Positions 46,901 through 56,670 of a stretch of 58,728 bases of DNA are shown in pieces. This DNA is from Kiritimatiellia bacterium. GTDB lineage: Bacteria; Verrucomicrobiota; Kiritimatiellia; RFP12; JBMNHG01. The stretch covers positions 1 to 58,728 of the forward strand of contig JAZQOE010000069.1 of the NCBI GenBank assembly GCA_045627705.1, in the 5' to 3' direction. The stretch's first letter is position 1. Every line of letters starts with the position of its first letter. Made by a program: the position numbers and the translations under genes. Below the pieces are notes generated by a model. The model was not told the origin of the DNA. It saw nothing but the letters and a program-made list of their open reading frames with translations, and did not search any database.

Positions 46901-47469
46901 CAGAGACAGTCCGCGAACGTGTCATGGCCGACATAAAAAACGGCGCGCCGCTTTCCGAGGGCGTGACACTCGTGCATGAAGACGAACTGAAATCAGCAAT
47001 CGCCGCCCTCGGCGAAAAGGACTCTGTCCTAATCGGCTGCGGCGACCGCCGCTTCCTCCCCGCAGCGAAGCGCCTTGCCACGCGCCTCGGCGAAGAACTC
47101 GGCATTGAATCACAGATCACGATGGCCGGAGCGCGCGTCAGGAATTGCAGGGACGACTACATGGATGGATATGGTTGGACGGACTATGGCGCCGCACCAG
47201 TACGCGCCGATATCCTAATCGGCAACGCGCAGGACAATGGACTGATGTTCGACTTCCTCACCCTCAAGGGAGACTGCCGCTGGCTGCCGCTTGAAATCAA
47301 CCAGGACTTTCCCGGACCGGGGCGCGCGATTGTCGCATTGCCCCTTCCCTGCACATCGCGGTCCAGCGGACGCACCAACGCAAGGCTCGATGGATATCGT
47401 CCGATCGTACTCGGCGCAAGCCATCCCGCCGATGCAATCAGCGCCGTCGCGGCCCTGCCGCTGAAGTAG
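43987..47469 (+). CDS. Large secreted protein with GH42-like (beta-galactosidase-type) TIM barrel and GATase1-like trimerisation-type domain
   Basis: Signal peptide MKSIASVAIVVLISLSTFAA with GGAG upstream. ARFVEVDWSAACDWGEMEPEPGVYDFSGLDHAVALLSEHGLHIVPRL resembles the GH42 N-terminal block. HKVLILPNCQSMSDSECDTIRDWVRAGGILLAFG resembles the GH42 middle domain. The family call is tentative. Confidence 0.5.
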   Translation: MKSIASVAIVVLISLSTFAAQDEALKLAQARTEDVRRLHRAAIAEIQDVRTLARYLKDWGGPDRDPEADTLMVEAEGLYGIVRAADHASQGLQALRDATNYEARRTAREAAKAAGGDADAIAAAETTAGADIPTTDSEYLSLLDAARRYAAIEVTSLYGRAGALKTILIGEVRAKAREARPFEIVSEAMPWVDDPIREANRNAGLQYGWSMDEEFFAMSPSDQDAMAAKAASIGARFVEVDWSAACDWGEMEPEPGVYDFSGLDHAVALLSEHGLHIVPRLRTFTGKPPEWFLEGHKNKCRLEVPNRERDGSISIKPTGINLLDPTTNDAFIKFLTAYAEHLRSIADGLVDAISIDNRVETEAVPDISPAMNEAWQAVGNNGVWTPPEEIPLDTPENATAHISAESFREYVLTYSLAMMRDALKKGWPEVNVQIPVASDDFHRMIDGHTGLSRDFAQISMLADVASTATDSPAGFALLHSLAFGRTVWSHMIHSGCGMCGSTAASHVPFYDTVHIVHGNQGRSTRSHFPDSWFRYQDHQLGDSGIGNHWIAPLRMAQIAPTILNTRPVYADVAVYWSQGSLRRDRKSTYKSAMAWGHLLQRIQVPYDYVANDRLGDLLRHHKVLILPNCQSMSDSECDTIRDWVRAGGILLAFGVPGRFASDGTERDALPLADVFGADIATMCQPGPVTPDKLDTTHPEGCFQGGNLPPRPYKFETNLAAVLAPRDDVEARAWYDGAHREPAIVEHRFGDGEALFCGFPLGFEYWESAPYELALGMTHHRNPNHNAEQKRYEAWVLAELSRRGIVRPAVLSSGRYLRAQRGDDPDWYHVYRNGPNYQEYMFEDETPVRASYAFPRCRDGIDATYVGIANTEINYMWERGYFISTLAGAYITADVAVSTTPAADAGLVVDARLGVPVPFQVLTGHGPAESAPAEPTRLRFTAWIPAAQSAAFAVTASSSIRLFGEGAQAGDTPETVRERVMADIKNGAPLSEGVTLVHEDELKSAIAALGEKDSVLIGCGDRRFLPAAKRLATRLGEELGIESQITMAGARVRNCRDDYMDGYGWTDYGAAPVRADILIGNAQDNGLMFDFLTLKGDCRWLPLEINQDFPGPGRAIVALPLPCTSRSSGRTNARLDGYRPIVLGASHPADAISAVAALPLK

Positions 47470-47637
47470 GGACGGCGTTCCGCAATCTCCTCCGCGCGGG
47501 ACTCGCGGTCCACCAATCGCACCAAGCGGTTTAAACACAACATGCTTCTTCTGCAGGCAGCGCCATTTCGTCTTCCATGCGCGAGAGTAAGTAGGTATAA
47601 TTTACTGCCAATCGAGAGAACTATTTGCCCAATCACC

Positions 47638-48036
47638 ATGGAAGATCCAACCTTTCAAGCCGCGGTCGAGGCTCTCGGCCAGAAAGACGCCCGATACGAT
47701 ACGGAGGCATACTATTTCCTCCGTGAAGCGCTTGAACACACTCTGAAAACCCTCTCGGAAAAGGAGGGAAAGCCCATACATCGCCATGTGACCGGGCAGG
47801 AACTCCTCGATGGATTCCGAACACTCGCCCTCGATGAATTCGGACCTTTGACTTTCACCGTCCTCGATTCCTGGGGCCTGCACCGCACAGAGGATGTCGG
47901 AGAACTCGTCTTCAACCTTGTCGGCGCCGGCGTTTTTGGAAAGACACCGAAGGACAGCCGCGCAGATTTCGCGAACGGCTACGATTTCGAAACCGCCTTC
48001 CACGCGCCTTTCGAACCGGCGTCAGCATCAGATTGA
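47638..48036 (+). CDS. Small conserved hypothetical protein (possibly the PVC-restricted Minf_1886 / TIGR04138-like family)
   Basis: 132 aa. DARYDTEAYYFLREALEHTLK....HVTGQELLDGFR..ALDEFG resembles my memory of that family. A candidate -10 TATAAT lies at 47596-47601. Confidence 0.45.
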   Translation: MEDPTFQAAVEALGQKDARYDTEAYYFLREALEHTLKTLSEKEGKPIHRHVTGQELLDGFRTLALDEFGPLTFTVLDSWGLHRTEDVGELVFNLVGAGVFGKTPKDSRADFANGYDFETAFHAPFEPASASD

Positions 48037-48063
48037 TCCTCCCACCCTTCACCCGGCACAACC

Positions 48064-50277
48064 ATGGAAAACGGCATCATATTCGAACATGCGGCGGCGA
48101 CATGGCTGCTGTGGCTCGCGCTGATCGCGGCGGTCGCCGTGACAGGCTGGTCGGCATGGAGCCATCTCCGCCGCGAACGCTCGTGGCCCTGGCTCCTCAT
48201 CATCCGCCTCGTCTTCCTCGTGTTGCTCGGCTGGACGATGTCAATGCCTTCGCGGCGCGCCGCCATTACGGAAATGATCCGTCCACGCTTCCTGGTTCTC
48301 CTCGACACTTCGGCCAGCATGCAGCGCGGCACCGAAGACGGCCTCGCCGAATCAAACCGCTGGCAAAACGCGATGGCGCTCCTCGGCGACGACTGGCATA
48401 AATCCGTCTCCACAGGTTGCGACATCACCCTCACGGGCTTCGACGCTGGTCTCTCCGAAGCGGCCGCCATCGACAAGTTCCAGGATTTCGAACCCGAAGG
48501 CCAGTCAACCAAGCTCCGCGCCTCTCTCGACGCGCTTTTCGCGCGCCATCGAGGACAGGACATCGCAGGCGTCCTCCTCCTTTCCGACGGCATCGATACC
48601 TCCGAGCCCGACCACTCGTGGATTTCGGACCGCTCATGGCCCGCGCCAATCCACACCGCGATTCTCGGCGAAGTCGCAAAACAGGAACTGAAGGCCGATG
48701 TCCGCATCGAGGCGATCGACACGCCGCGCCGCGCGGTCGTTGGCTGGGACACGCGCCTTTCCGCCACGGTCGCCGGTGTCGCCCCCGATGGCGAGCCCTT
48801 CGTGGTGCGTCTCCTCCGCAACGGCGAACAAGTCGAGGAAGTGCCGGCGCAACTGCCCGCGGAAGGCGGCGAGCAGGAACTTTCGTTCAAGCTCCCACAC
48901 TCCGAAATCGGCATCGAGACATGGCAGGTCGCAGTCCCGCCGCTCGAAGGCGAAGCGCAGACAAACGACAATGCGATGTCGGCGGTGGTCGAAGTCGTCG
49001 ACGCCCGGAACCGTCTGCTCTACATCGAGGATGTCCCGCGCTGGGAAAGCAAGTACCTCAACCGCGAACTGCTCGCGAACAAGGACATTACGCCCCTCTC
49101 ATTCATTCGCGGTCCAGGTGGAAAATTCATCTCGTACACACAGGCTGGCGGAGCTTCCCTCGACCTCACCGCGGAACAGCTGGCGCTCTACAAGATCGTC
49201 GTGCTGGGCGACCTCGATGCAGAAGCGCTCGGCCCCGACCGCGCGGAGGCGCTTCGCGGATTTGTCGAACGCGGCGGCGGACTGATCCTCCTCGGCGGTC
49301 CCAAGACGCTCGGATCGGGCGGCCTCGCAACGACCGCGCTTTCCGCCCTCATGCCGTTTACGCGGCCGACGACCTCCCCTGTCGAAGGCAAGTTCGACGC
49401 GCGCTGGAGCGCGGACGGACGCGGCCACCCCGCCCTCGCCGGCGCGGAGGAAGTTCCCGAATCCGTGCCGCCTGTGCTGTCGGTCTTTGGTGACGCCCAT
49501 CTCGGCGACGCATCGATCTCGCTCGCGGAAGCAAACACACCATCCGGCTGGCAGCCGTTGATCGTGACGCGTCCGTACGGACAAGGCAAAGTCGTCGCGC
49601 TGCTCACCGATTCACTCTGGCGCTGGCACCTCGAACCCGGCACGCGCGAAGCATACTCGTTCCTTTGGAAGCGTCTCGTCGAATGGCTGTCGCCCGAAGC
49701 GTCCGACACCGACGGCAACGCGCTGGAACTCTTCAGCGCCGCGAGCAGAGTCGATGTCGGCGAAGAATTCGAAGTCACGGCGCGCGTGACAATGGCCGAT
49801 GGAAGCAACCCGCCGCTTGGTCTCCGCGTGGCATGCGAAATGGAACTGCCCGACGGCCGCGATGTCCCGCTCACGATGGAGACCGCAGTCGTAAATGCGG
49901 CGGGCCGCGATTTCACAGGCTTCCGCGTGCGCTTCACCCCGCAGATCGAAGGTCCCTACCGTGCGGTCGCACGCGCAGAAATCGACGGCGTGGAAATCGA
50001 ATCCGCCCCCCTGCTCTTCCAGGCGCGAGAAGCGGCGCGCGAAGATGCGCCTATTCCGCTCGACATCGAATGTCTGCATGCGCTCTCGCGCGCAAGCGGC
50101 GGTCGTAGCGGAACTCCGGACGAAATCGCGACATTCCTCCGCAGCACCCGCTTTGACTCCCGCCGCGAAACGCGCGTCGAATACGAATCCCTCTGGCAGA
50201 AGCCGCTTATCCTCTCGCTCCTGCTTCTTCTCCTGCTACTTGAATGGATCGCCCGCAAGATGCGCGGCCTGTCGTAA
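48064..50277 (+). CDS. Membrane protein with N-terminal double-TM segment, vWA-like region, GATase1-like (DUF1355-like) domain and C-terminal TM anchor (BatA-like)
   Basis: Two N-terminal TM helices, then RFLVLLDTSASM (vWA MIDAS-like DxSxS). YKIVVLGDLDAEAL...FVERGGGLILLGG. C-terminal LILSLLLLLLLLEWIARK. Confidence 0.5.
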   Translation: MENGIIFEHAAATWLLWLALIAAVAVTGWSAWSHLRRERSWPWLLIIRLVFLVLLGWTMSMPSRRAAITEMIRPRFLVLLDTSASMQRGTEDGLAESNRWQNAMALLGDDWHKSVSTGCDITLTGFDAGLSEAAAIDKFQDFEPEGQSTKLRASLDALFARHRGQDIAGVLLLSDGIDTSEPDHSWISDRSWPAPIHTAILGEVAKQELKADVRIEAIDTPRRAVVGWDTRLSATVAGVAPDGEPFVVRLLRNGEQVEEVPAQLPAEGGEQELSFKLPHSEIGIETWQVAVPPLEGEAQTNDNAMSAVVEVVDARNRLLYIEDVPRWESKYLNRELLANKDITPLSFIRGPGGKFISYTQAGGASLDLTAEQLALYKIVVLGDLDAEALGPDRAEALRGFVERGGGLILLGGPKTLGSGGLATTALSALMPFTRPTTSPVEGKFDARWSADGRGHPALAGAEEVPESVPPVLSVFGDAHLGDASISLAEANTPSGWQPLIVTRPYGQGKVVALLTDSLWRWHLEPGTREAYSFLWKRLVEWLSPEASDTDGNALELFSAASRVDVGEEFEVTARVTMADGSNPPLGLRVACEMELPDGRDVPLTMETAVVNAAGRDFTGFRVRFTPQIEGPYRAVARAEIDGVEIESAPLLFQAREAAREDAPIPLDIECLHALSRASGGRSGTPDEIATFLRSTRFDSRRETRVEYESLWQKPLILSLLLLLLLLEWIARKMRGLS

Positions 50278-50324
50278 AATGCCAGTCGCAATGGACAACC
50301 TATAACCCTCCAGGAAACGCACTC

Positions 50325-51605
<1,281 letters not shown>

Positions 51606-51638
51606 TTGTTGGTGTGCTCCTTTTCGATATATGAGTTG

Positions 51639-51668
51639 TTGACATGTAATCCATACTTTATGGATAAT
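51639..51668 (+). promoter_or_regulatory. Sigma-70-type promoter with embedded palindromic operator for the second vapBC module
   Basis: TTGACA (51639-51644)-N18-GATAAT (51663-51668). The perfect inverted repeat ATCCATA-CTT-TATGGAT (51649-51665) occupies the spacer and -10. A third half-site, TCCATAC, is at 51672-51678. AGGAG at 51684-51688 precedes ATG 51698. Confidence 0.6.
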
Positions 51669-51697
51669 AATTCCATACTCGAAAGGAGCGAGGCAAC

Positions 51698-51919
51698 ATG
51701 AATACGGCGGTACTTTGCGAACGTGGACAGGTCACGATCCCCAAGAAATTCAGGACACGGCTTGGGCTCCACCCAAGCATGGTCCTGACATTCCGCGTTT
51801 CAGGAGACGCCTTGATTGTTGAAAAACAAAAGAAGCGGAATCCGTTTGCAGAAGCGCGGGGTTGCCTTGAATCAAAGGCGCGCACAGACGATTTGGTCAA
51901 GGAAATGCGGGGTTGCTGA
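51698..51919 (+). CDS. vapB: AbrB/MazE/SpoVT-family antitoxin (VapB-like)
   Basis: MNTAVLCERGQVTIPKKFRTRLGL is the SpoVT-AbrB motif. 73 aa. The stop overlaps the vapC ATG (TGATG). Confidence 0.75.
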   Translation: MNTAVLCERGQVTIPKKFRTRLGLHPSMVLTFRVSGDALIVEKQKKRNPFAEARGCLESKARTDDLVKEMRGC

Positions 51920-52353
51920 TGACATACGCGATAGACAGCAACGTGTTATTGGATATTTTCCTTGATGACAAGGATTATGCCGATTCGGCTGTCGATACGC
52001 TTTTTGCCGCCGCGAACAAGGGCGATCTCATCGCATGCGACATCGTATGGGCAGAAACATCGTCGGCATTCCCCAACAAAAACATGTTCTTGGCAAAAAT
52101 GTCCGATTTAGGAATCGTCTTCTCTCCGATGACCATCAGCGCCGCAATCAAAGCGGGTGCGCTTTGGAAGGCATCAAGGGTTAACGCATCGAAGACAAAG
52201 GGCAAGGGCCGACATCAGGTTATCCCGGATTTCCTCATCGGCGCCCATGCGCTTGAAGCTGCGGATGCGTTGATAACTCGCGATCGTGGTTTCCTCCGCG
52301 AGTATTTCAAGGAATTGACTGTTATCGATCCATCCAAGGGCGACAGACCCTGA
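51919..52353 (+). CDS. vapC: PIN-domain toxin (VapC-like)
   Basis: MTYAIDSNVLLDIF, VWAETS, IPDFLIGAHA and ITRDRGF carry the PIN acidic residues and the typical C-terminal block. The track ORF starts at TTG 51913. Confidence 0.8.
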   Translation: MTYAIDSNVLLDIFLDDKDYADSAVDTLFAAANKGDLIACDIVWAETSSAFPNKNMFLAKMSDLGIVFSPMTISAAIKAGALWKASRVNASKTKGKGRHQVIPDFLIGAHALEAADALITRDRGFLREYFKELTVIDPSKGDRP

Positions 52354-52367
52354 TCAAGGAGAACCAA

Positions 52368-52874
52368 ATGGACAAACCGCTAGTTGGAATCGTAATGGGC
52401 AGCAAATCGGATTGGCCCGCGCTGCAGAAGGCCGTCGAAACGCTCAATGGCTTTGGAATCCCGCATGAGGTGCGCGTGATCTCTGCGCATCGTTCACCCG
52501 AAATCGCGGCCGAGTATTCGGCAACCGCCGAAAAGCGCGGGCTTAAGGTAATCATCGCCGCCGCCGGCGGTGCCGCCCACCTTGGCGGTGTTCTCGCCGC
52601 GCACACGATTCTCCCCGTTATCGGAGTGCCTGTCGCCGGAGGTTCGCTCAACGGACTCGATGCGCTTCTCGCGACGGTCCAGATGCCGTCCGGCATTCCA
52701 GTCGCGACAGTCGCGCTTGGATCCGCTGGCCCTGCCAACGCCGCCATTCTCGCCGCGCAAATGCTCGCGATTTCCAATCCCGAACTCAGCGAGAAGATTC
52801 GCGCTCACAAGGCGACGCTCCTCCGCAAGGTCGAAGCCGCCAATGCCGAACTCCAGGCCGAACTGTCTCGCTGA
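52368..52874 (+). CDS. purE: 5-(carboxyamino)imidazole ribonucleotide mutase
   Basis: VGIVMGSKSDWPALQKA, VISAHRSP, AAGGAAHLGGV, PVIGVPV. 168 aa. AAGGAG lies upstream. Confidence 0.92.
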   Translation: MDKPLVGIVMGSKSDWPALQKAVETLNGFGIPHEVRVISAHRSPEIAAEYSATAEKRGLKVIIAAAGGAAHLGGVLAAHTILPVIGVPVAGGSLNGLDALLATVQMPSGIPVATVALGSAGPANAAILAAQMLAISNPELSEKIRAHKATLLRKVEAANAELQAELSR

Positions 52875-52930
52875 CACGAGGACAATCCTACCTCTCCATC
52901 CATTGTTCCTTGTCCAGTTCCATCACGGCA

Positions 52931-54025
52931 TCATGGTGTGTGGTCGGCCGTTATCCATCCACCACCGATCACTTCATCATTGGAATAGAGGACTGCGGCC
53001 TGTCCGGGGGCAACGGCGAATTGAGGTTCGTCGAAGTCGAGGCGGATCACACCGTCCGGCGTGAGTGAAAGCGTGGATGGAACGCCGGAATGGCGGTAGC
53101 GCAGACGGACGGAAAAACGCGAACCGCTCGCGGGCGCCTCGCCGGATATCCAGGAAGGATCGTCGAGCAGACACGAGGGAGAGAAAACCTCATCGCGCCT
53201 GCCGACCACGACTGTGTTATCCGCCGCGCGCAGTTCCTTCACATACATCTTCTCGCCAGTGGCTATGCCAAGGCCCTGGCGCTGACCAACGGTGCAACGC
53301 GCGATTCCGGGATGCGTTCCAATAACGCGCCCCGAAGTATCAACGACCGGTCCAGGGCGGAGGTCGGAAGAATTGAAGAGCATTCCTTCGTTGCCAGGCG
53401 CGATGAAATCCTGGCTTTCTTCGCGTTCCGCGAGATCCGCGAAACCGTTTGTCCGGGCCAACTCGGCGACATCCGCCTTGGTGAAGCTTGAAAGCGGGAA
53501 CAGCACGCCACGCAACAAATCCTGTGTGAGACGCGAAAGGAAGTACGACTGATCCTTGGTCCGGTCCAGTCCGCGAAAGAGGCGGATTCGACCGCTACCG
53601 GGATCGTGTTCGAGGCGCGCATAATGGCCCGTGGCGAAACGGTCGAAAGCAATGCCCTGTTCGTGCGCCCGTTGTGGCAGCAGGCCGAACTTCATCGAGG
53701 CATTGCAACGCACGCACGGATTCGGAGTGAGCCCGGCGAGATAGGTCTCGCGGAAATAGCCGAGGACGCAGCGGTTGAAATCATCGGCGAGATCGACCAC
53801 GTGGTGCCCGATTCCGAGACGGGCGCAAAGCCGCGCCGCATTGTCCACGGACTCATCCGATCCCGGCCCAAAGCAACCGCCATTCGACAATGGCATTGCG
53901 GAATCATGCGCGCTGGATTGTCCAAGGCGCATGGTGACGCCAACGACCTCGTGGCCTTCGCGGAGAAGAATCCACGAAGCCATTGCGGAATCGAGCCCGC
54001 CGCTCATGCCGACGGCGATTTTCAA
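52931..54025 (-). CDS. mnmA: tRNA 2-thiouridine(34) synthase MnmA
   Basis: PP-loop KIAVGMSGGLDSAMA, CVRCN, ATGHYAR, KDQSYFL. The start appears to be TTG at 54025, with GAGGGGG 9 nt upstream. Confidence 0.88.
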   Translation of the reverse strand: MKIAVGMSGGLDSAMASWILLREGHEVVGVTMRLGQSSAHDSAMPLSNGGCFGPGSDESVDNAARLCARLGIGHHVVDLADDFNRCVLGYFRETYLAGLTPNPCVRCNASMKFGLLPQRAHEQGIAFDRFATGHYARLEHDPGSGRIRLFRGLDRTKDQSYFLSRLTQDLLRGVLFPLSSFTKADVAELARTNGFADLAEREESQDFIAPGNEGMLFNSSDLRPGPVVDTSGRVIGTHPGIARCTVGQRQGLGIATGEKMYVKELRAADNTVVVGRRDEVFSPSCLLDDPSWISGEAPASGSRFSVRLRYRHSGVPSTLSLTPDGVIRLDFDEPQFAVAPGQAAVLYSNDEVIGGGWITADHTP

Positions 54026-54040
54026 GCGTCAAGCCCCCTC

Positions 54041-54066
54041 AAAAAAAACGGCGCGCCGGTTTTTTT
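54041..54066 (-). terminator. A-tract / CGGCGCGCCG palindrome / T-tract hairpin downstream of the beta-mannosidase gene
   Basis: aaaaaaaa-cggcgcgccg-g-ttttttt lies immediately 3' of the mannosidase stop (54068-54070) on the minus strand. The GC stem is short, and the A/T tracts can extend the pairing. It could act in both directions. Confidence 0.4.
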
Positions 54067-54067
54067 A

Positions 54068-56632
54068 TCACTTGGCAGCCTTGTTCTTCGGAGGCCGACC
54101 GCGACGCTTAGGCGCCGCGGGAGCGGGTTCGGGAAGCGAAGGCATCAGCGCCTCGGCGTAGGTGTCGCGAAGAGTGTGCACGCGCAACGCCTGGCGGAAC
54201 TCCTCGATCTTCATGCGAACAGCGGGAGAGACTCGCACGCGGACCGAGCGGCCAGGCTCGATGTTGAAGAAGTTGTCGTCGTACTTCGCCTCGACACCGT
54301 CGAGTTCGAGCCATGTCCAAAGGGCGGGATGGCGCGACGTGAGGGTAACCGCGTAGGAATTGTCGTCCCACGGGCGTATCTCGCACTGGACACGGGGATC
54401 GGGAAGATCGATATGCTTCGGACGGCAGAAGGTGACGAGGTTCGAGGATTCGACAGTGCCATCCTCGCGGAAGAGCGTGAGCCACACGAGCACGTCGCGC
54501 GGGCCGATCTGCTTCAGCAGGTCGCCAAGCTTCAAGACACCAAGGCGCATTGTCTTGTTCGGATCGAGGACGACCTTGCGCCCGTTGACGCGCACTTCCG
54601 TTCCATCGGCGCGGGTGATGCGCCACTGGATTTCGCCCTTGAAAGGCTTGAGGGAATCGTTCGAGAGATGGACCTCGACAACGCCTGTCTCGGGATTCTC
54701 GATGCCTGAAACCAGGACTGGGTTGTAGAACTTGCGCGCCATGTAGTGGAGCGCCTTCCAGCGTCCGTTGGAATCAATCGACGACCAGCTGGCGACTGGC
54801 CAGCAGTCATTCAGCTGCCAGTAGAGGGCGCCCATGCAGCGCGGGCGGTTGCGGCGCCAGTGCTCGACGGCATACTTGATCGCGAGACCCTGCTGTATCT
54901 GCGAGAGCCAGAGCGTCGAAGCGAAACTTGTCGGCATGCGGAACCACGAGAGCATGTACTGCATGATCACTGCGTTGCCGATGCCGCTGCGCTGGTGGCG
55001 CTCCATCACGTAGCTGGTGATGTTGCGGTCGTCGGGATCCGTGAACTTCTCGACCATGCGCGGCTCGGGGAAGCTCTGGAAGCCGAACTCGCTGCAGAAG
55101 CGGTGCATCGCCGTGCGATACCACTCGAAGGGCTTGCGGCCATGCCAAACATCCCACAGGTGCGCATCGCCGCGCGTGGGATCGTTGAAGTCGCGACGGT
55201 CGCCAGGCGCGGGAGTATGCGGGGAAGACGGCCAGTACTGGCGGTCCGGATCCTCGGCGGAAACGACCGATGGAATGAGCTTGTCGAAGAGCGCTTCGTA
55301 GTCGGCGGGCGGCATCTGCCACGGCTCGGTGCCCACGTTGCCCTGCTCCAGCTCGTTGTTGCCGACCCAGAGCGCGATGCAAGTGTGATGGCGCAGACGG
55401 CGCACATTCTGCTCGAACTCGACGCGCACGTTGTCCATGAACGCCTTGTCGTGGGCGGGATACGCGGAGCAGGCGAACATGAAGTCCTGCCAGACGCAGA
55501 TGCCGTATTCGTCGCAAAGGTCGTAGAAGCAGTCGTTCTCGTAAACGCCGCCGCCCCAGACGCGCAGCATGTTCATGTTCGCGACGGCGGCGGCCTTTAT
55601 TAGACGGGCGTATTCGACGCGCGTGAGACGCGTAATGAAGGCGTCGGCAGGAATCCAGTTCGCACCTTTCGCGAAAAACGGCACGCCGTTCGCCTTGAAA
55701 TGGAAGCTCTCGCCCCACTCGTCCTTCTCGCGGACAAGCTCAAGCGTGCGGAGGCCTATGCGACGGGCGTAGAAATCGATATTGCGATGGCCGTCGCCCA
55801 ACTCGACCACGATTTCGTAGAGCGGTTGCTCGCCGAGTCCCGCGGGCCACCAGAGCTGCGGATTGCGCGCAAGCAGATGCGCGGACCCCCTGCCCTCCGC
55901 ATCAAGCTCGACGCGATCCTCGCTCATCGTCTGGCCCTTGTAAACGAGTTTGCAGTGGGCGGAAAGCGCAAGGTCCTCGGCGAATGCCTGCGTGGCGATC
56001 GTAAAGTCGAGACCGACGCCGCCATCGGCATTGTGGTCCTGATGCACATAGACGCTCGTGATGCGCGCGACATCCATCGTCACAAGCGAGATGTTGCGCC
56101 AGATGCCGCATGTCGTGAGCACCGGCCCCCAGTCCCAGCCGAAGTTGCACGCCATCTTGCGGACCCATGCGCGGTCTGGCATTTCGCTCGGTCCGGTGTA
56201 ACCAGACATCGGGCGGTCCTTGGCGCGCGCCTCGACATACGGGCTGATAGGATCGAAGCGGATCGAGATGGAGTTTTCGCCCTCACGCAGAATCTTCGAG
56301 ACATCGAATTCCCATACGCGGTGCATGTTGTCGGCGCGGCCGACCTCGACCCCGTTCAAAGTGATCGTGGCAAGCGTGTCCAGACCGTCGCAGCGAAGGA
56401 ACGTCACGGCGTCGGGATTGTGCGCGGGAAGCGAGAACTCGCGCTCGTATGTCCAAGCGGAGCGACTGATCCACTGGACTTGCGATTCGTTGTCGCGGAT
56501 GAACGGGTCGGGAATCTCGCCCGCCGCGAGCAAATCCGTGTGGACGCAGCCTGGAACTGTTGCGGGAAGAGTACGATGCCCGTCGTCCTGACGCAGCCTC
56601 CACTCTCCGTTCAAATCGAATTTTTTTGCCAT
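54068..56632 (-). CDS. Glycoside hydrolase family 2 beta-mannosidase
   Basis: 854 aa. MAKKFDLNGEWRL...LPATVPGCVHTDLLAAGEIPDPF, NMLRVWGGGVYE..FYDLCDEYGICVWQDFMFAC, WVGNNELE (acid/base region) and FCSEFGFQSFP (nucleophile region). The start is at ATG 56632, 38 nt downstream of the sigma-54 activator stop. The track ORF (to 57730) continues out of frame across that gene. Confidence 0.85.
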   Translation of the reverse strand: MAKKFDLNGEWRLRQDDGHRTLPATVPGCVHTDLLAAGEIPDPFIRDNESQVQWISRSAWTYEREFSLPAHNPDAVTFLRCDGLDTLATITLNGVEVGRADNMHRVWEFDVSKILREGENSISIRFDPISPYVEARAKDRPMSGYTGPSEMPDRAWVRKMACNFGWDWGPVLTTCGIWRNISLVTMDVARITSVYVHQDHNADGGVGLDFTIATQAFAEDLALSAHCKLVYKGQTMSEDRVELDAEGRGSAHLLARNPQLWWPAGLGEQPLYEIVVELGDGHRNIDFYARRIGLRTLELVREKDEWGESFHFKANGVPFFAKGANWIPADAFITRLTRVEYARLIKAAAVANMNMLRVWGGGVYENDCFYDLCDEYGICVWQDFMFACSAYPAHDKAFMDNVRVEFEQNVRRLRHHTCIALWVGNNELEQGNVGTEPWQMPPADYEALFDKLIPSVVSAEDPDRQYWPSSPHTPAPGDRRDFNDPTRGDAHLWDVWHGRKPFEWYRTAMHRFCSEFGFQSFPEPRMVEKFTDPDDRNITSYVMERHQRSGIGNAVIMQYMLSWFRMPTSFASTLWLSQIQQGLAIKYAVEHWRRNRPRCMGALYWQLNDCWPVASWSSIDSNGRWKALHYMARKFYNPVLVSGIENPETGVVEVHLSNDSLKPFKGEIQWRITRADGTEVRVNGRKVVLDPNKTMRLGVLKLGDLLKQIGPRDVLVWLTLFREDGTVESSNLVTFCRPKHIDLPDPRVQCEIRPWDDNSYAVTLTSRHPALWTWLELDGVEAKYDDNFFNIEPGRSVRVRVSPAVRMKIEEFRQALRVHTLRDTYAEALMPSLPEPAPAAPKRRGRPPKNKAAK

Positions 56633-56670
56633 TTCGTTACTAACCCCTAAAGTCATCATGCGCGGAAGCG

